From positions 97,154,001 to 97,218,000 of the forward strand of contig NC_043003.1 in assembly GCF_006345805.1 (NCBI RefSeq): DNA of 64,000 nt. The letters are read 5' to 3'. The DNA is from Octopus sinensis (lineage: Eukaryota). Below the pieces are notes generated by a model. That model was not told the DNA's origin and searched no databases. It worked only from the letters and a program-made list of their open reading frames with translations. Shown here piece by piece: positions 50,671 to 62,914 of this stretch. Made by a program: the position numbers and the translations under genes. Every line of letters begins with the position of its first letter. Position 1 is the first letter of the stretch.

Positions 50671-51230
50671 CATATTATGAAAGCGCGATGATAGGAACAG
50701 AAATATTTTCATTAGTCTCAATAAGAACGAAAATAAAATACCCAAGGAACAATAGAAATGAATTTAAGGTTAACGGTAAGAAAGAAAATAAGATGACTTA
50801 ATTAATTTTGTTTCACTAAGTGAGTTTCTATATTTTCAATGCGCTCCGTTAAATTTACAACCTGTTATAAATCGTTGATTATTGGATGAAATTGACTGAG
50901 ACAGCATCTCATAAAATCAGAATACAATGACTTTGATGAAAGCGGAATGGAATAACTGAATTTTCCACTCTAGCATGAAATAAGTTTGCAAAAATGTTTA
51001 TTTGAGGTCGATGTAAGATAAACTAAAACAGTAGCTGAAGGAGAAAAAATGAGGAAAAAGGAGAAAGCTATCACTAAAACAAAAGAAGGTGGAATTGAAA
51101 AAAAATGATAGCCTGATGATGATAACTGTACATGATTCTGTCTTGATTTTAGCTACAAAACGTGAGTTTAATATTATAAGTCTTATGAATCAAGCGAACT
51201 TATTTTCTTAATTTGCTTTAAAATATTTAG

Positions 51231-51290
51231 ATTAGATTACTCCGTCTCACCGCTGTTGTGTTCTGTCTGTGGGCGAAATAACAATAAGAG
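51231..51290 (+). CDS. Candidate internal 60-nt exon (phase 2-2)
   Basis: Acceptor atttag| and strong donor AG|GTATGAG. Open in phase 2 (LDYSVSPLLCSVCGRNNNK). Splice signals only. Confidence 0.2.
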
Positions 51291-51607
51291 GTATGAGTAG
51301 CATCGTTAGCATCATACTGATTGTACTTTTATTTGAAACATCTGACTAGTAAAAATGATAAAATCGGCAGAAACTTAATCTAAATTTGAACGTTTTAATA
51401 TATCAAATATAGTTTAGCATCATATCATGGTACGATACTAATGGTCAGAGTTTACTCATTCATAGCCAAATAAATCCAACAAACTAAGTGATTTTACACC
51501 GTTCAAACAATGAACCATGTAAGAGGATGCCTACCAGAGACCGATGTATATACTCTCCCTATCGTCTATATCGTCTACTTTGAGGGTGCATTATGTGTGT
51601 GTATTCA

Positions 51608-51693
51608 CTAATAATAATAAATTATTATTATTATTATCATTATTATTATTATTATTGTTGTTGTTGTTGTTGCTGTTGTTATTAATATTATTA

Positions 51694-51775
<82 letters not shown>

Positions 51776-51822
51776 CATCATCATCATCATCATCATTATC
51801 ATCATCATCATTATTATTATTA

Positions 51823-51871
<49 letters not shown>

Positions 51872-51890
51872 CATTATTATTATTATTATT
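51608..51890. repeat. (TTA)n/(TTG)n/(TCA)n compound microsatellite
   Basis: Seen directly. Confidence 0.95.
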
Positions 51891-52425
51891 GAGTGAGAGA
51901 GCAGTTCATGCCATCAAAGTGACACTGGGGTAAAATATACGAAGCCCAATATACCCATCATGACTACCCGTCTGATAAAGGTACACCAGGCACATGCATC
52001 ACAACCATATGTGCGCGACATGGTGATCTCATATCAAGATAAACAGCACATGACCTTGCAGGTGGGGCCCAGTTAGAATTTTCTTCAGGTTGAGTAGCCC
52101 ATCCCGCTCAACGGTCCCTGAATAAGGGTTGTTTAAGGATGTTGAAAGAACCACCCATGTTTCCAGAGGTGAACTATTCAAACCCCAAAGAATCCCTCTC
52201 AACACATGGCTATGATGCTCCCCCACTACTTCTGCTCGTGATCAGAGATGCACATATCGTCAGCCACTAAGGGACATGCTCAACTGGTTAAGGTCAAACA
52301 ACTGACAAGCAAATCTGTGGTATTGAGCAGAATATTTGCTGTAGCCCATCTTTTATACCAAGACAAAACAATGTACATGATAACACTTCCAATCAGTTAA
52401 GATCAGAATCCATGAGAGCCATCTA
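51891..52425 (-). mobile_element. ~535-bp non-coding element in (TAA)n, copy 2
   Basis: Matches 46494-47027, about 10 bp shorter at the right end. Confidence 0.75.
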
Positions 52426-52774
52426 TTATTATTATTATTGTTATTATACATCACAGCAGATCGACTTCACTTGATCAGTTATAATGCATGCCTTTTTTTA
52501 AATTGATTTTCATGTAAAGCGTGGTAACCAGATATATTTTATTGGGGTTACGTACTTGATTGAATTTCCTCCCTGACGACTACTTTGATGTTCACAAATT
52601 CTTATTATAATGTCTAATGTGGTGAGTCCTGTAGTATTTTCGATGTTGTGTGTGGGAGATACTCATTTGTTTGTGGATGTTTTCGCTGTATTGTTTTCTT
52701 CCTTTTCTGGAGCCTTACGTCATTTGTTTGGAGTCTGTAATTTCTTTTACGGTTAATATTTATACTGAAACTAA

Positions 52775-52975
52775 AGCAGCGAAGTGGCAGAACCGTTAAC
52801 ACGCCGAGCAAAAAGCTTAGCGACATTTTCTCCATCTTTAAAGTTTGAGTTCAAATTCCGCCGAGGTCGATTTTGACTTTCATCTTTGCGGGGTCGATAA
52901 AATAAGTACCAGTTGAACACTGGTACTTATTTTATCCCCTGAACTTGCTTGCCTTGTGCCAAAATGTGAAACCAA
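52775..52975 (+). mobile_element. SINE family B
   Basis: gcgaagtggcagaaccgttaac..gagttcaaattccgccgaggtcga. Confidence 0.85.
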
Positions 52976-54301
52976 TGTTCATACTGAAACTCAGAAATAG
53001 AGGCAACGTTTCTTCCAGTTGTTACGTCTCCGAAATTTCAAAGTAGTCACACTATAACGATTTCTGAAGGAAATTTCAGCTGATATTTATGTTATTGTTT
53101 GCAGTTGGCTATAAAGTATAGATTAAGCAAGAACATCACTCTGTATAACATTCATTTCTATATGTAAAGATGTTGAAAGATTTCTTCAGTAGAATAACTC
53201 TTCTGTCATATCATCCGGAAAGTTTTGACTACACTTTACAAAAGAGGCATGAATACGAAGAGTAAGAGTACCAGAAATTTCCATACAATATTACGTAACA
53301 TTGAATTGAAAACCATCGGCAAGATCATCGAAAATAATAAATGAAGAACGATATTTTTCTTGACATTTTCATGGACCTGTTGAAATGAAAACAATTATAT
53401 TGATCGCTCCTCAATCAGATTTTAGAGCACTTTGGCTTTCCGGAAGAATTCGTTCTACGGTTGGAATCAATCAAGGAAGAAATATTTTTGCAAGAAATTT
53501 TCTATCAATAAATACAAGATAGACATCTCGGTAATTTCTATATTCTATGCGTTGTCTTTCTTTGAATATTTGTTACAATGTCAGCATTTTTTGTTTTTTG
53601 TTTTTACAAATCTGTCAGTAGATACTAAGAAAGAGATGATAAATTCTAGCGAGGCCGCCATATTTGATAAGATCCGATGGAATCTGAGCCAGCTTTGCAA
53701 ATCAAAGATTTCAGTTTATCTGTTGCGAGTAACGAAATTCTTGTTCAAGCCAGATTGAACAGTACTGCAGTTGGAGTGTGGCATCACTTGCTGCAATGGG
53801 TTGGTCTCATTCGAAAAATATAGAATTATCAACTACATAAGAGGCTGCAGTACGGAGATCTGCAACAAAGAACACGTCCAACAGAAGCTACAATGTAGCG
53901 ATAAGGGTCAAATATAACACGTATTCAAAACTTCGTATACTAGATGTAGTATCATTATGTAATATGAGTTTAATACTTCAATGCATTGTTCATCGCATCA
54001 ACAATCTTTTAAAATTTTGTTTATAATTTGGATACCTATCAGTATATGATAATGCCACATCTGCCCCTGAACCATGTATAACATAACCTTCACAGCAATA
54101 TAACATTGAAACGAAACTACGAAATTTATTTTATTTCAGTTAAGCTATTTATTTTATTTCATTTTCAATTTTCCATATTTTTTCTGTTGCTTTTCTGATA
54201 ACAGATTGCCATTATTCAATGACATTTTATTCGTGCTACAAGTAAACCAAGAAAGCGTTGGTAATCTAAAACTTCTTTCACATTATATATATATTATATA
54301 T

Positions 54302-54356
<55 letters not shown>

Positions 54357-54625
54357 CACATGCATACATGCATAAAAATTTATATGAAATCCTGCAACAT
54401 GTAATGTTAATTAATAAGCGTTGAATAAAAAAAAGATCATAAGTAATCTCAAACCTTACTCTCATACTGTTTACAGTTCGCTAGGATACATATATATATA
54501 TATATATATATAATTAATCAATATAGGGTGGCAAGGAAAATTTTGTAGAATTTTATTGCCACCAGCGGCCCAGTAGGAAAAAATTAAATAGTCATAGACC
54601 ATTTTTAAGTTCAACATTAACAATT

Positions 54626-55093
54626 AAGGAACGGCCATAATAGGCCATTCACCCACTAGAAATAACAGCCAAAGCTTCTACCGCAAATAAAGATTAATTC
54701 CGTAAACAGGAGAAAATTAAAAAAACATTTACCCTGTAATTTCTTGTACGGTATAACCGTTTCATCCGCTGTTTAATGGTAAAACTAACCTGATTAAATT
54801 AAATCAAGCCAATCTCCATAAGCCCTCGGATTCTTCAGCAAGAAATAGCTCAAGTCGGGACAGATATATACACGAGGCATACCCAATCTTGCCAAGTCAA
54901 TATCAGAATTGGCTTGATTTAATTTAATCAGGTTAGTTTACCATTAAACAGCGGATGAAACGGTATACCGTACAAGAAATTACAGGGTAAATGTTTTTTT
55001 AATTTTCTCCTGTTTACGGAATTAATCTTTATTTGCGGTAGAAGCTTTGGCTGTTATTTCTAGTGGGTGAATGGCCTATTATGGCCGTTCCTT
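54626..55093. repeat. Inverted duplication: arms 54626-54813 and 54908-55093, 94-bp spacer (Penelope-like inverted pLTR)
   Basis: The arms differ by two 1-bp indels. Confidence 0.9.
54739..54846 (-). ncRNA. Canonical type I hammerhead ribozyme with a 58-nt stem II loop
   Basis: AUUUCUUG-CUGAAGA-AUCCG[58 nt]CGGAU-GAAAC-GGUUAUACC-GUA-CAAGAAAU. Stem I is 8 bp, stem II 5 bp and stem III 5 bp, all perfect. Predicted cut is 3' of 54747. Confidence 0.85.
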
Positions 55094-55189
55094 GCTTCCA
55101 TCTCCTGAGCGCCTATTAATAATAATACTGTAATTGTTCCTGTTGTTGTTGTTTTTTGTTTCCCTTTTGGATTAAAATTATATATATAT

Positions 55190-55220
<31 letters not shown>

Positions 55221-55362
55221 GGTAGACAAATGAATTATCTTATTACAGATAATTCGAAAGATACCGATACCTGGGTAGCAAACTCACAACAGAAAGGGCA
55301 CGGTTGAAGTTACGACCATAGGGCATAAAATCCGTGCCTTAGTGCGGAAATTTGAAGTTTTT

Positions 55363-55500
55363 TATATTAAGTATAGGAAAGAATGGAGCTGAACGAAGAT
55401 TTAACAAAATTCCTGCAGACTTCGAAACATATGTCGAAAATAAAATAAAGGAATTTTGTTAAATCTTCGTTCAGCTCCATTCTTTCCTATACTTAATATA
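55363..55500. repeat. Inverted duplication: 52-bp perfect arms, 34-bp spacer with a degenerate hammerhead-like motif
   Basis: Arms 55363-55414 and 55449-55500. AUUC-CUGCAGA-CUUC-GAAAC-AUAU-GUC-GAA at 55409-55438. Confidence 0.85.
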
Positions 55501-55546
55501 TATATATAATATTATATATATATATATAATATATATATATATATAG

Positions 55547-55751
55547 ATAGATAGAAAGTATAAGGACTTTACACTTTTAAACAGGTGTCTGTTCTACAAT
55601 TCGAAATCTATAGAGTCAACCTAGATGAAACTCGTAAAAAAGCAGACAGTGTCAAAAGCGTTGAAAAAGCGAAAGGCGACAAGTTGTAAGAGGCGCAACT
55701 GCTTGGAGTAGGTCGTCTAGAAAATGAGCCTTAAGCTTGTAAACGCGCCTT

Positions 55752-55793
<42 letters not shown>

Positions 55794-55996
55794 GCGGTTT
55801 ACAAGCTTAAGGCTCATTTTCTAGACGACCTACTCCAAGCAGTTTGCGCCTCTTACAACTTGTCGCCTTTCGCTTTTCAACTGCTTTTGACACTGTCTGC
55901 TTTTTTACGAGTTTCATCTAGGTTGACTCTATAGATTTCGAATTTGTAGAACAGACACCTGTTTAAAAGTGTAAAGTCCTTATACTTTCTATCTAT
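55547..55996. repeat. ~450-bp palindrome with a central (TA)n
   Basis: Arms 55547-55752 and 55790-55996 differ only by a few 1-bp indels. Confidence 0.9.
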
Positions 55997-56055
55997 ATGC
56001 TTACCTAATGAATAATCTGTTCAAATACGATCTCCATGGTCTGGGTGATTGCACA

Positions 56056-56900
56056 GTCCGAATCCAGGAAGATTACCTGTACCTCTAAACCCATTTTCCG
56101 GAACAACACTGTCACCCCACCACTAGATACTATCAGATATCAAGACGATTAAGCAACGTTTTCTTCAAATACGGACGTAGGAGCACGCGTTTTTCAAAAC
56201 TTCTAGGTTCTATGACGGCAACCACATCCATGTCTTTTAACCTAAGGTCATTGGGCAATTGCCTTGCTTCCAAGTTGACACCAGACCATTTACTTTTACA
56301 CATGCTAACTGGATCTGAATAAAAACATGTCTATCGTAGAAAATAAAAGGAAATGTTACACAATCTCCTTTTTGGAAAGGGCGGGTAATCTAGATCCTTC
56401 TTGAGAAACGTATCCCTCAAAACACTCGTCAATCGTCTTCTGTTCATTCTTTTTCTCTAAATCCTAATACTCTCTTAGAAATTTCCCAAGGATGTATTGT
56501 CAACGTCTGTCAGTGTTATAATTAATAATATATCTTTTGGTATTTGTGGTGGGTGGGTGAATTTCTCAAATCCTCTTCTTTTAGGTACTGTTTTGTATTT
56601 GTAATGTTTTGGGTAGTCTATTACCGCGCTCTTGTTTTCAACTATAACGGAGTAGATGCTTTCTTTCTGTGCTACTTGTGGTTGTTCCTCTTGTTTGTTA
56701 TTTTGTTGTGTTTTCCTGTTGTTTCAGTGGATATTTTTGCTGGTCTGGTTGCTGTTGTTATAATGGTTTTTGGTTTGGTTTTGTTGTTATTGATGTTGAC
56801 CTGGAACTTGAAGTGGTGTTTGCTTTGTGTTTATTCCACTTCGCTAAGGGTTTGTGGTGTGGCTATGTATGGCTTTTCGCTTTTTCAGTTTTAGCACCTG
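56056..56900 (-). mobile_element. L1/Tx1-like LINE fragment (Q/N/T-rich probable ORF1 end plus APE start)
   Basis: IQLACVKVNGL, DLRLKDMDVVAVIE, SSGGVTVLFRK. Confidence 0.65.
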
Positions 56901-58199
56901 TAATGACAACCTGCTACTTTTTCAGATCCTCCCTTTTCTTCTCAAAAAAGACGAAAGTAAGATGAAGACAGGTGTCATTACTGTTGTTGATATTGTAGCT
57001 ACGAAGTAGGTAGTAAAGTGGATTTTGTTCATTTTCCCAGAGGACAGAAAGCCCTCTAGTGCTTGGGACTACTACAAATGTAATACCTTGTCCTCCTGCC
57101 TTCTGCCATAACTTTTATTTGGTCCCCCATTTTTCAGATGAATGAGATCAGAGATTCTTATTATATTTTGTAAAGTGGGCAGCATTTGCACCTCAACTTG
57201 CAGACCAGACCAGATTTTGTTTGAGTCTGTCCTCAGAATTAAAAATTGCCTGCACTCCTCAAGGCCATTTTAAAGTAATGCACGTTGATCTCAAATTGCA
57301 CACTGCTTGATGTCACTTTGTTTCTATAATTAGGTGAGTTGATATTACTTGGAGGAGTATGCACGTGAAACGATTTATATTATCTCATATATTATATTAC
57401 TATATAACATTTGAAATACTCGTTGAGATAAAATGCTATCACTACTCGAATTGCCTCCGCTTCTTGCATGCCGTATTGATTTCCATGCATAGTTCATACA
57501 CATTTTCGCTTCTGCTGGTGTAGGGTTATCACCACTCCAACATTTTCCTGTTTACACATCTATAAATGATGGTCCTCCTTTCTATTTTTTATTTCCCTTA
57601 CAGGGAAAGTACGATTAGATCCGGCTAACCTAAGCAGTGCCGGTGTCTCAAGATGAAATCCATATTGTCCTCAGCTACCAAATTGTTCCAGGTCTGCATT
57701 ACACTGGCAAATGGCGAACCCGTTATGTGTTAGTAGTAACAGATGAGTTGTAGTTGATTTGTTGTTGCTACTCTTATTATTAACAATGTTGTTAAGGCTG
57801 CTGTTCTTGTTTTCTTGCTACTGTCCACCTCGTTCTTACTATTAGGGCTGGCGACATTTATTTTGTTGCTATAGATGCTTTTGTTTATGGTATTGCCGTT
57901 GCTATTTTCGTTCCTGCTGCTATTCTGTGTATGTGTGTCATTGTTTATGTTGGGGTGTTATTTCTTTCATGTTGGCTTTAGCAGTTAGATCATATCCATT
58001 ACTTACAGGTGCGACAGTTGATTTGTTCAAAGACAGAGGGAATAGAGATAGATTTTCTACTATGCACACTGTACTCTTCTTTAAATCCACTTCGGGATTT
58101 CGGAAATTTGACTAAAATATGAAACAAAAAAGGATTGCTTCTGGAAAGGACAGAACAGCTTGTTTCACGCTCAAAATGTGACGACAATCATTTCAGCAG

Positions 58200-58400
58200 T
58201 TGTGTGGCCACCTTCGTAGAACTACAGATGTAACAAATATACTTTCTAATCTGTACTGTTAGTTTCATGTCTTTGTCATGGCCCCTACCACTAAGCATAG
58301 TTCCCATATGGTTCTGTAGCCTTCAGGTGTCATAAGGCCTTGCAAATCAATTTTGGCATCCCCTGGTCATATGTCACCTTTCGTTAATCCTGCTTGACTA
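58200..58400 (-). mobile_element. RTE-type LINE 3' relic
   Basis: Degenerate MTRG.AKIDLQG motif. Confidence 0.4.
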
Positions 58401-58518
58401 CTCTCGTATACTGCGCACAAGAGTCAATACTAACCTTAAAACTATATCGTTTCCGATGTTTTTATTGTCCGTCTTGTTTCTATGATCCATTTACTGAGGC
58501 ACAAATCTATAAGGTATG

Positions 58519-58744
58519 TCAAAGGTATGGCTGATGATTTTAGCCTGAGTTGGTTACGTGTTTAGTTGTAAAGGTACAGCAGATAGTGCCATAAGTTTTA
58601 CCGTTCTCTATCTTCGGTAAAGTCGACCCCAGCGGAATTTGAACTCAGAAAATAGCGACGAGCGTCCAGTGCTTTAACGACTTTCCCAGCTCGCCGCCTT
58701 GCCAGCTCATTAATAATGATAACGTGTCTTCCGCTGATATGGAA
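58519..58744. repeat. Inverted duplicate of 60199-60444 (contains a SINE B head fragment)
   Basis: High identity by eye apart from a 20-bp deletion in this copy. Confidence 0.9.
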
Positions 58745-58789
58745 ACTATTGTCAAGTACTTTGACCAGTGAACTGTATGGATATTTAAA

Positions 58790-58950
58790 AAAAAAAAGTG
58801 GGCTGCTACCTATTGAACAGAAAGGGTGCCAAAAGAGGAGCCGGGAAACGAAAGATCAGCTGTTAATTGGTAATCTAATTATCATAAACTGCTAGAGAAG
58901 ACACTCAGATCTGTGCATGGCATGGATTGATTATCGTAAATTATTTTCCT
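58790..58950 (+). mobile_element. R4/Dong-like RT fragment
   Basis: PIEQKGCQKRSR.TKDQLLI; AWIDYRK. Confidence 0.75.
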
Positions 58951-59989
58951 TAAAGAAAAATGTCTTCTTTCATTGAAATCTTTTTAGAAAATGAAATATT
59001 TTATTTTCTTCCATTGTTTTATTTCATTAAATACTTTTTTTTCTTTTTCGAGAACAAACCATTCAAGGTTCCGTCACGTCTTCATTTTCAAAGTTAGGGC
59101 TTTTATTTTCTTGCCTACAGATTTTGGACGTGTGGCTAAACAACGATACCTTGGAGTCACCATGACAACAAACAGTTTCGATTTGTGGTCTTTGGACAGT
59201 TCAGTTATTCGATGGGCTAATTTTTCTATTACTAATTTCCAGAGGTGGGGGGATTAATGCAATTTTTTGTCCTCGGCATACAAAAGTATATCAGTGCAGA
59301 AAATTTTTTTAAAATCTCGTGGAAACATGTAATTATTCAAGTAATTGGGAGAAATTTAACAAGACCCAAACTGGACTAATTTAGTAGTTGAGGATAGAAT
59401 TGGGTTATACCCGAGATATCGGCACTGCCGCAGTTGCTACGGATCTAATCATGCTCTTTCCAGAAGAAAAAGATAAAATAAGGTGAATCGTCACTAGTAG
59501 ATGTATAAATAGAAAAAAAAGATTGGAATTGATAAACTTACACCAGCTCCTAGAGTGAGGGGAAATAAGTGTGGAACTGTAGTGCTTATTCGAGGAATAT
59601 ACATACTTTTGGTCTCGTATTCAGGGAAACATATAAATATTGTGATACTAAGCAGTGTGTCACCTGAAATAAATTTTATTTATTTTAGGCTGATCTCAGA
59701 GGTGTACAGAGGTTATTAATACGTGAACAATCTCACGCAAAAACTGTTCTAATTTAAAAGTTGAGGTATAGATACTTCACTTCCTAAAATGAGCTGAGGA
59801 ACCACAAACACATTCAAGGAGAGAGTATGAGTCTAACCCCAACCACCAGAAGACCTTAAGTCCTCTGGGAAAATAACAAAACTATTTACTGCCTGCAACA
59901 CAATACATCTACAACTGCAGTAAAGAAAAGACAAGACAAACAGGAAGAAAAGCAGAAAAAACAAAACCACATTTTGAGTGTAGATCTTG

Positions 59990-60660
59990 TCATTTTACAT
60001 ATCCCGTAGTCCGGCTGAGTGTTGGGGCACCAGTGATAACCTTACGACTAGATCCCTCCACCCGTCTCTGTCTTCAGCCTCTCGCACTGCGTCTCTCATC
60101 TTTAAGCCAGTCCATTCACAAATGTTTTCTCACCTCGCTCTCTCTCTGTCTGCATCTGCGTCTGTCTGTTCCCTATAGGATTGTTTTTGCTATCCATATT
60201 CCATATCAGCGGAAAACACGTTATCATTATTAATGAGCTAGCAAGGTGGCGAGCTAGGAAAGTCGTTAAAGCACTGGACGAAATGCTTCGCGGTATTTCG
60301 CTCGTCGCTATGTTCTGAGTTCAAATTCCGCTGGGGTCAACTCTACCGAAGATAGAGAACGGTAAAAGTTATGGCACTATCTGCTGTACCTTTACAACTA
60401 AATACGTAACCAACTCAGGCTAAAATTATCAGCCATACCTTTGATGAGTGGATGACATCCCCAAACCAGCTAAGCTTGTGATTCTTTACTGTGGTGAGAA
60501 ATCCCTCATAGGGGCCATACTGCCCACCTTATTCTTCCTTTCAATTCCTCATTTGTGACACGATCCCTATGATATTCCCAAAAGTCTTTTGAAACATTTC
60601 TCTCTGTAGCCAGGTAGCTTCTTCTTCCGATTTCTGCTGTCAGTGTTTATCTGTCATAGG
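59990..60660 (-). mobile_element. RTE-type LINE 3' end interrupted by a ~245-bp insertion (60199-60444)
   Basis: CFKRLLGIS*.DRVTNEEL..KLSWFG | AKTIL*GT.RRR..ENICEWTGLKMRDAVREAEDRDGWR. Confidence 0.8.
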
Positions 60661-61781
60661 TATATAGGAATATTGAGATCACAAGTGATCTCATTAGCCT
60701 AATTTGGGTGCTTAGTGATTTCGGTCCTGTCTTGCAAGTTGACAAACTCACCGCTGTGATTCACCGTTCTATGATAATACACTGGAGTTGCCATGGCACC
60801 AAATAGTTTCGATTCCCATTGGTTGGGCGACTGAGCCATTCGGTTGACTTAAATAACATAACTTTAAATTCTTGTAACTTTTTTAGTATTAACTTCTCGA
60901 AAAAACATTAATGCGATTTTCGTCATCAGCAAGCAAAATTACATCAAACGTCCATTTTTTGATAATATTCTTGCGAAAACTTGAATGATTGAAAGAAATT
61001 TAGCAAGATCGTAGATTTGCATTACGTTGGCAAATGACGTTTTTGTGTTTTAGTAGCAATGGATGAGTTGTTGCTGCTACTACTATTACTACTGCTGTTG
61101 CTGTTGCTCTTGTTTTCTCTTTTTTGCTGTTCCCATTGTTGTAGTTATTGATGATGATGATGATCATCATCATGATCATGATCATGATGATCATGATGAT
61201 GTTGGGGTGGTAGTGGTGGTAATAGTAGTTTTGTTGATATTTTGGTTGCTGTTATAGGTGGTATTGTTGTTGGCGATGTTATTTTTGTTACTGGTGTCGT
61301 TGTTGTCGTTAGTGTTCACGTTGTTGCCTTATGAGACACAGTGGGTTGTCTTCCTTAGGCTTGGCTTCAGCAGATAAAATGTCACATTCCTTCGTAGCAA
61401 CTGCGGCAGTTGATTCGTTCAAAGACGAGGTAGGGAGGAACAGAAGTAGATTTTTCACCTTAACCTAATATACCTTTCTCTTTTTTTTTTTAATTTAGTC
61501 GATTTGAAAATTCAATAAGTCTTAATAGACGATCATTTATTTTCTCAAACAAGTAGATAAATTATCCAAATATAAAGATCTGGAAATACGAATAGTATGA
61601 GTGATGGGTCTGCAAACCGAAACCATATATTTTGTTATTAGTATATTGAGAATGATTAATAAAAAAAAAAAGAAACATGCAGGTAAATACATAACCCAAA
61701 TCCGAGGTCATGTACATAAGCGAGATCTTTTCTGTTTTCTTTTAATCATTTGAAGTTTTTTCAAATTTTCCACTCGGATGT

Positions 61782-62095
61782 AGTTTTGCAGGCTGATAAC
61801 AAATATCGCGTTAATATTTTTGGAAAATTAATAATAAACAAGATAGAAGCTTTTAAAATTTTATATTTTTAGACAATGAAATAAGTACAGTGTCCTTACA
61901 AACAGAATAATTTTTGTAATTACACCAATCCCTAATTCTTTCCAAAACTTGTCGTCAACAGAACTAATTAATGAAGTTGAGAACATTGGATTAAAATTCA
62001 TTGGCTGAAAATGCTTAAATTTATTATTTTTAACTTCTTTATTATAAATTTTCCAAAATAATAACTGCGATATTCGTCATCAGCATGCAAAACTG
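61782..62095. mobile_element. MITE-like relic with ~50-bp imperfect inverted repeats
   Basis: agttttgcaggctgataacaaatatcgcg..ttttggaaaatt against its reverse complement at 62047-62095. A related motif is at 60915-60940. Confidence 0.45.
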
Positions 62096-62914
62096 TTTAG
62101 ATTAAGATTTGTAGTTGGAAGGAAGAGTAAATAGTTTAAGATAAGTACTTGATGAACATCGTCCACAGCTCCGTATTGATTTCCATTTAATTTAAACAGA
62201 AATTAACTAAGAGAAATAGCTCAATGGCCAGTGGCATGTATTTGAACAACGTAGACGAATACAAATATATCAAATATCTTATAATTATTATCTCCGTTTC
62301 TATTGCCAAATGTCAATTAAGACCAGCCTTTACTTACACACTAATGTCTTCAGCAGTAGCAGGAGTGGTACAGTTTCTTTATCAATCTATAGAGAAACTA
62401 AAAAATGTTGAAATACTAATTTCGTTATTTATTCCTTTGATGTATTCTTCTGATTTCTAGAATATTCCTCCAACTGGCATTTCTATAATTTCTAATTCTA
62501 AGAAAAAGAGATTGAAAAATGTTATTCTTATTTCATTTTTTTTTTTTATAATTAATAATTTGTGATATTTATGGCAAATAACGCTCGTAATATCTCAAAA
62601 ATAATGAATGCATGCTCGTTATTAATATAGAAAAGAATACATTTACAGGAACTTGTAGATTGCCAGAAGAAAATAGCTTATAGCATCTCGTTTCTAGAAT
62701 CTCTTTTACCTTTCGTCTTCCCAGTGTCAATAATATATTTACTAGTAATAGACGAAAGCTCGTTCAATATCATATTGCATCAAAGTTAATCTTTGGAACT
62801 TGTTAAAAAATATTCTGCATTATACCAAAATAATAATCACCTGGAAAATATGTTTTCCGAGAGCAAAATCTAATGCCCGGTTTCAATTCTTGAAATCACT
62901 TCACAAACTCCTTA

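Noticed and set aside
53150-53700. Minus-strand gene or promoter (YY1-like GCCGCCATATT, hydrophobic short ORF)
   Set aside because: No frame stays open to a donor, and a single motif is not enough evidence.
57780-58060. Asn/Thr/Lys-rich minus-strand stretch resembling 56500-56900 and 16190-16400
   Set aside because: It may be ORF1-like LINE debris, but I found no diagnostic motif.
58519-60444. 1.9-kb DNA transposon with long TIRs
   Set aside because: No TSD, and the right arm interrupts an RTE reading frame, which fits a templated insertion better.
60915-60935. CUGAUGA-C-GAAA on the minus strand (also near 62078)
   Set aside because: There is no stem II, and it belongs to the inverted repeat of a MITE-like family.
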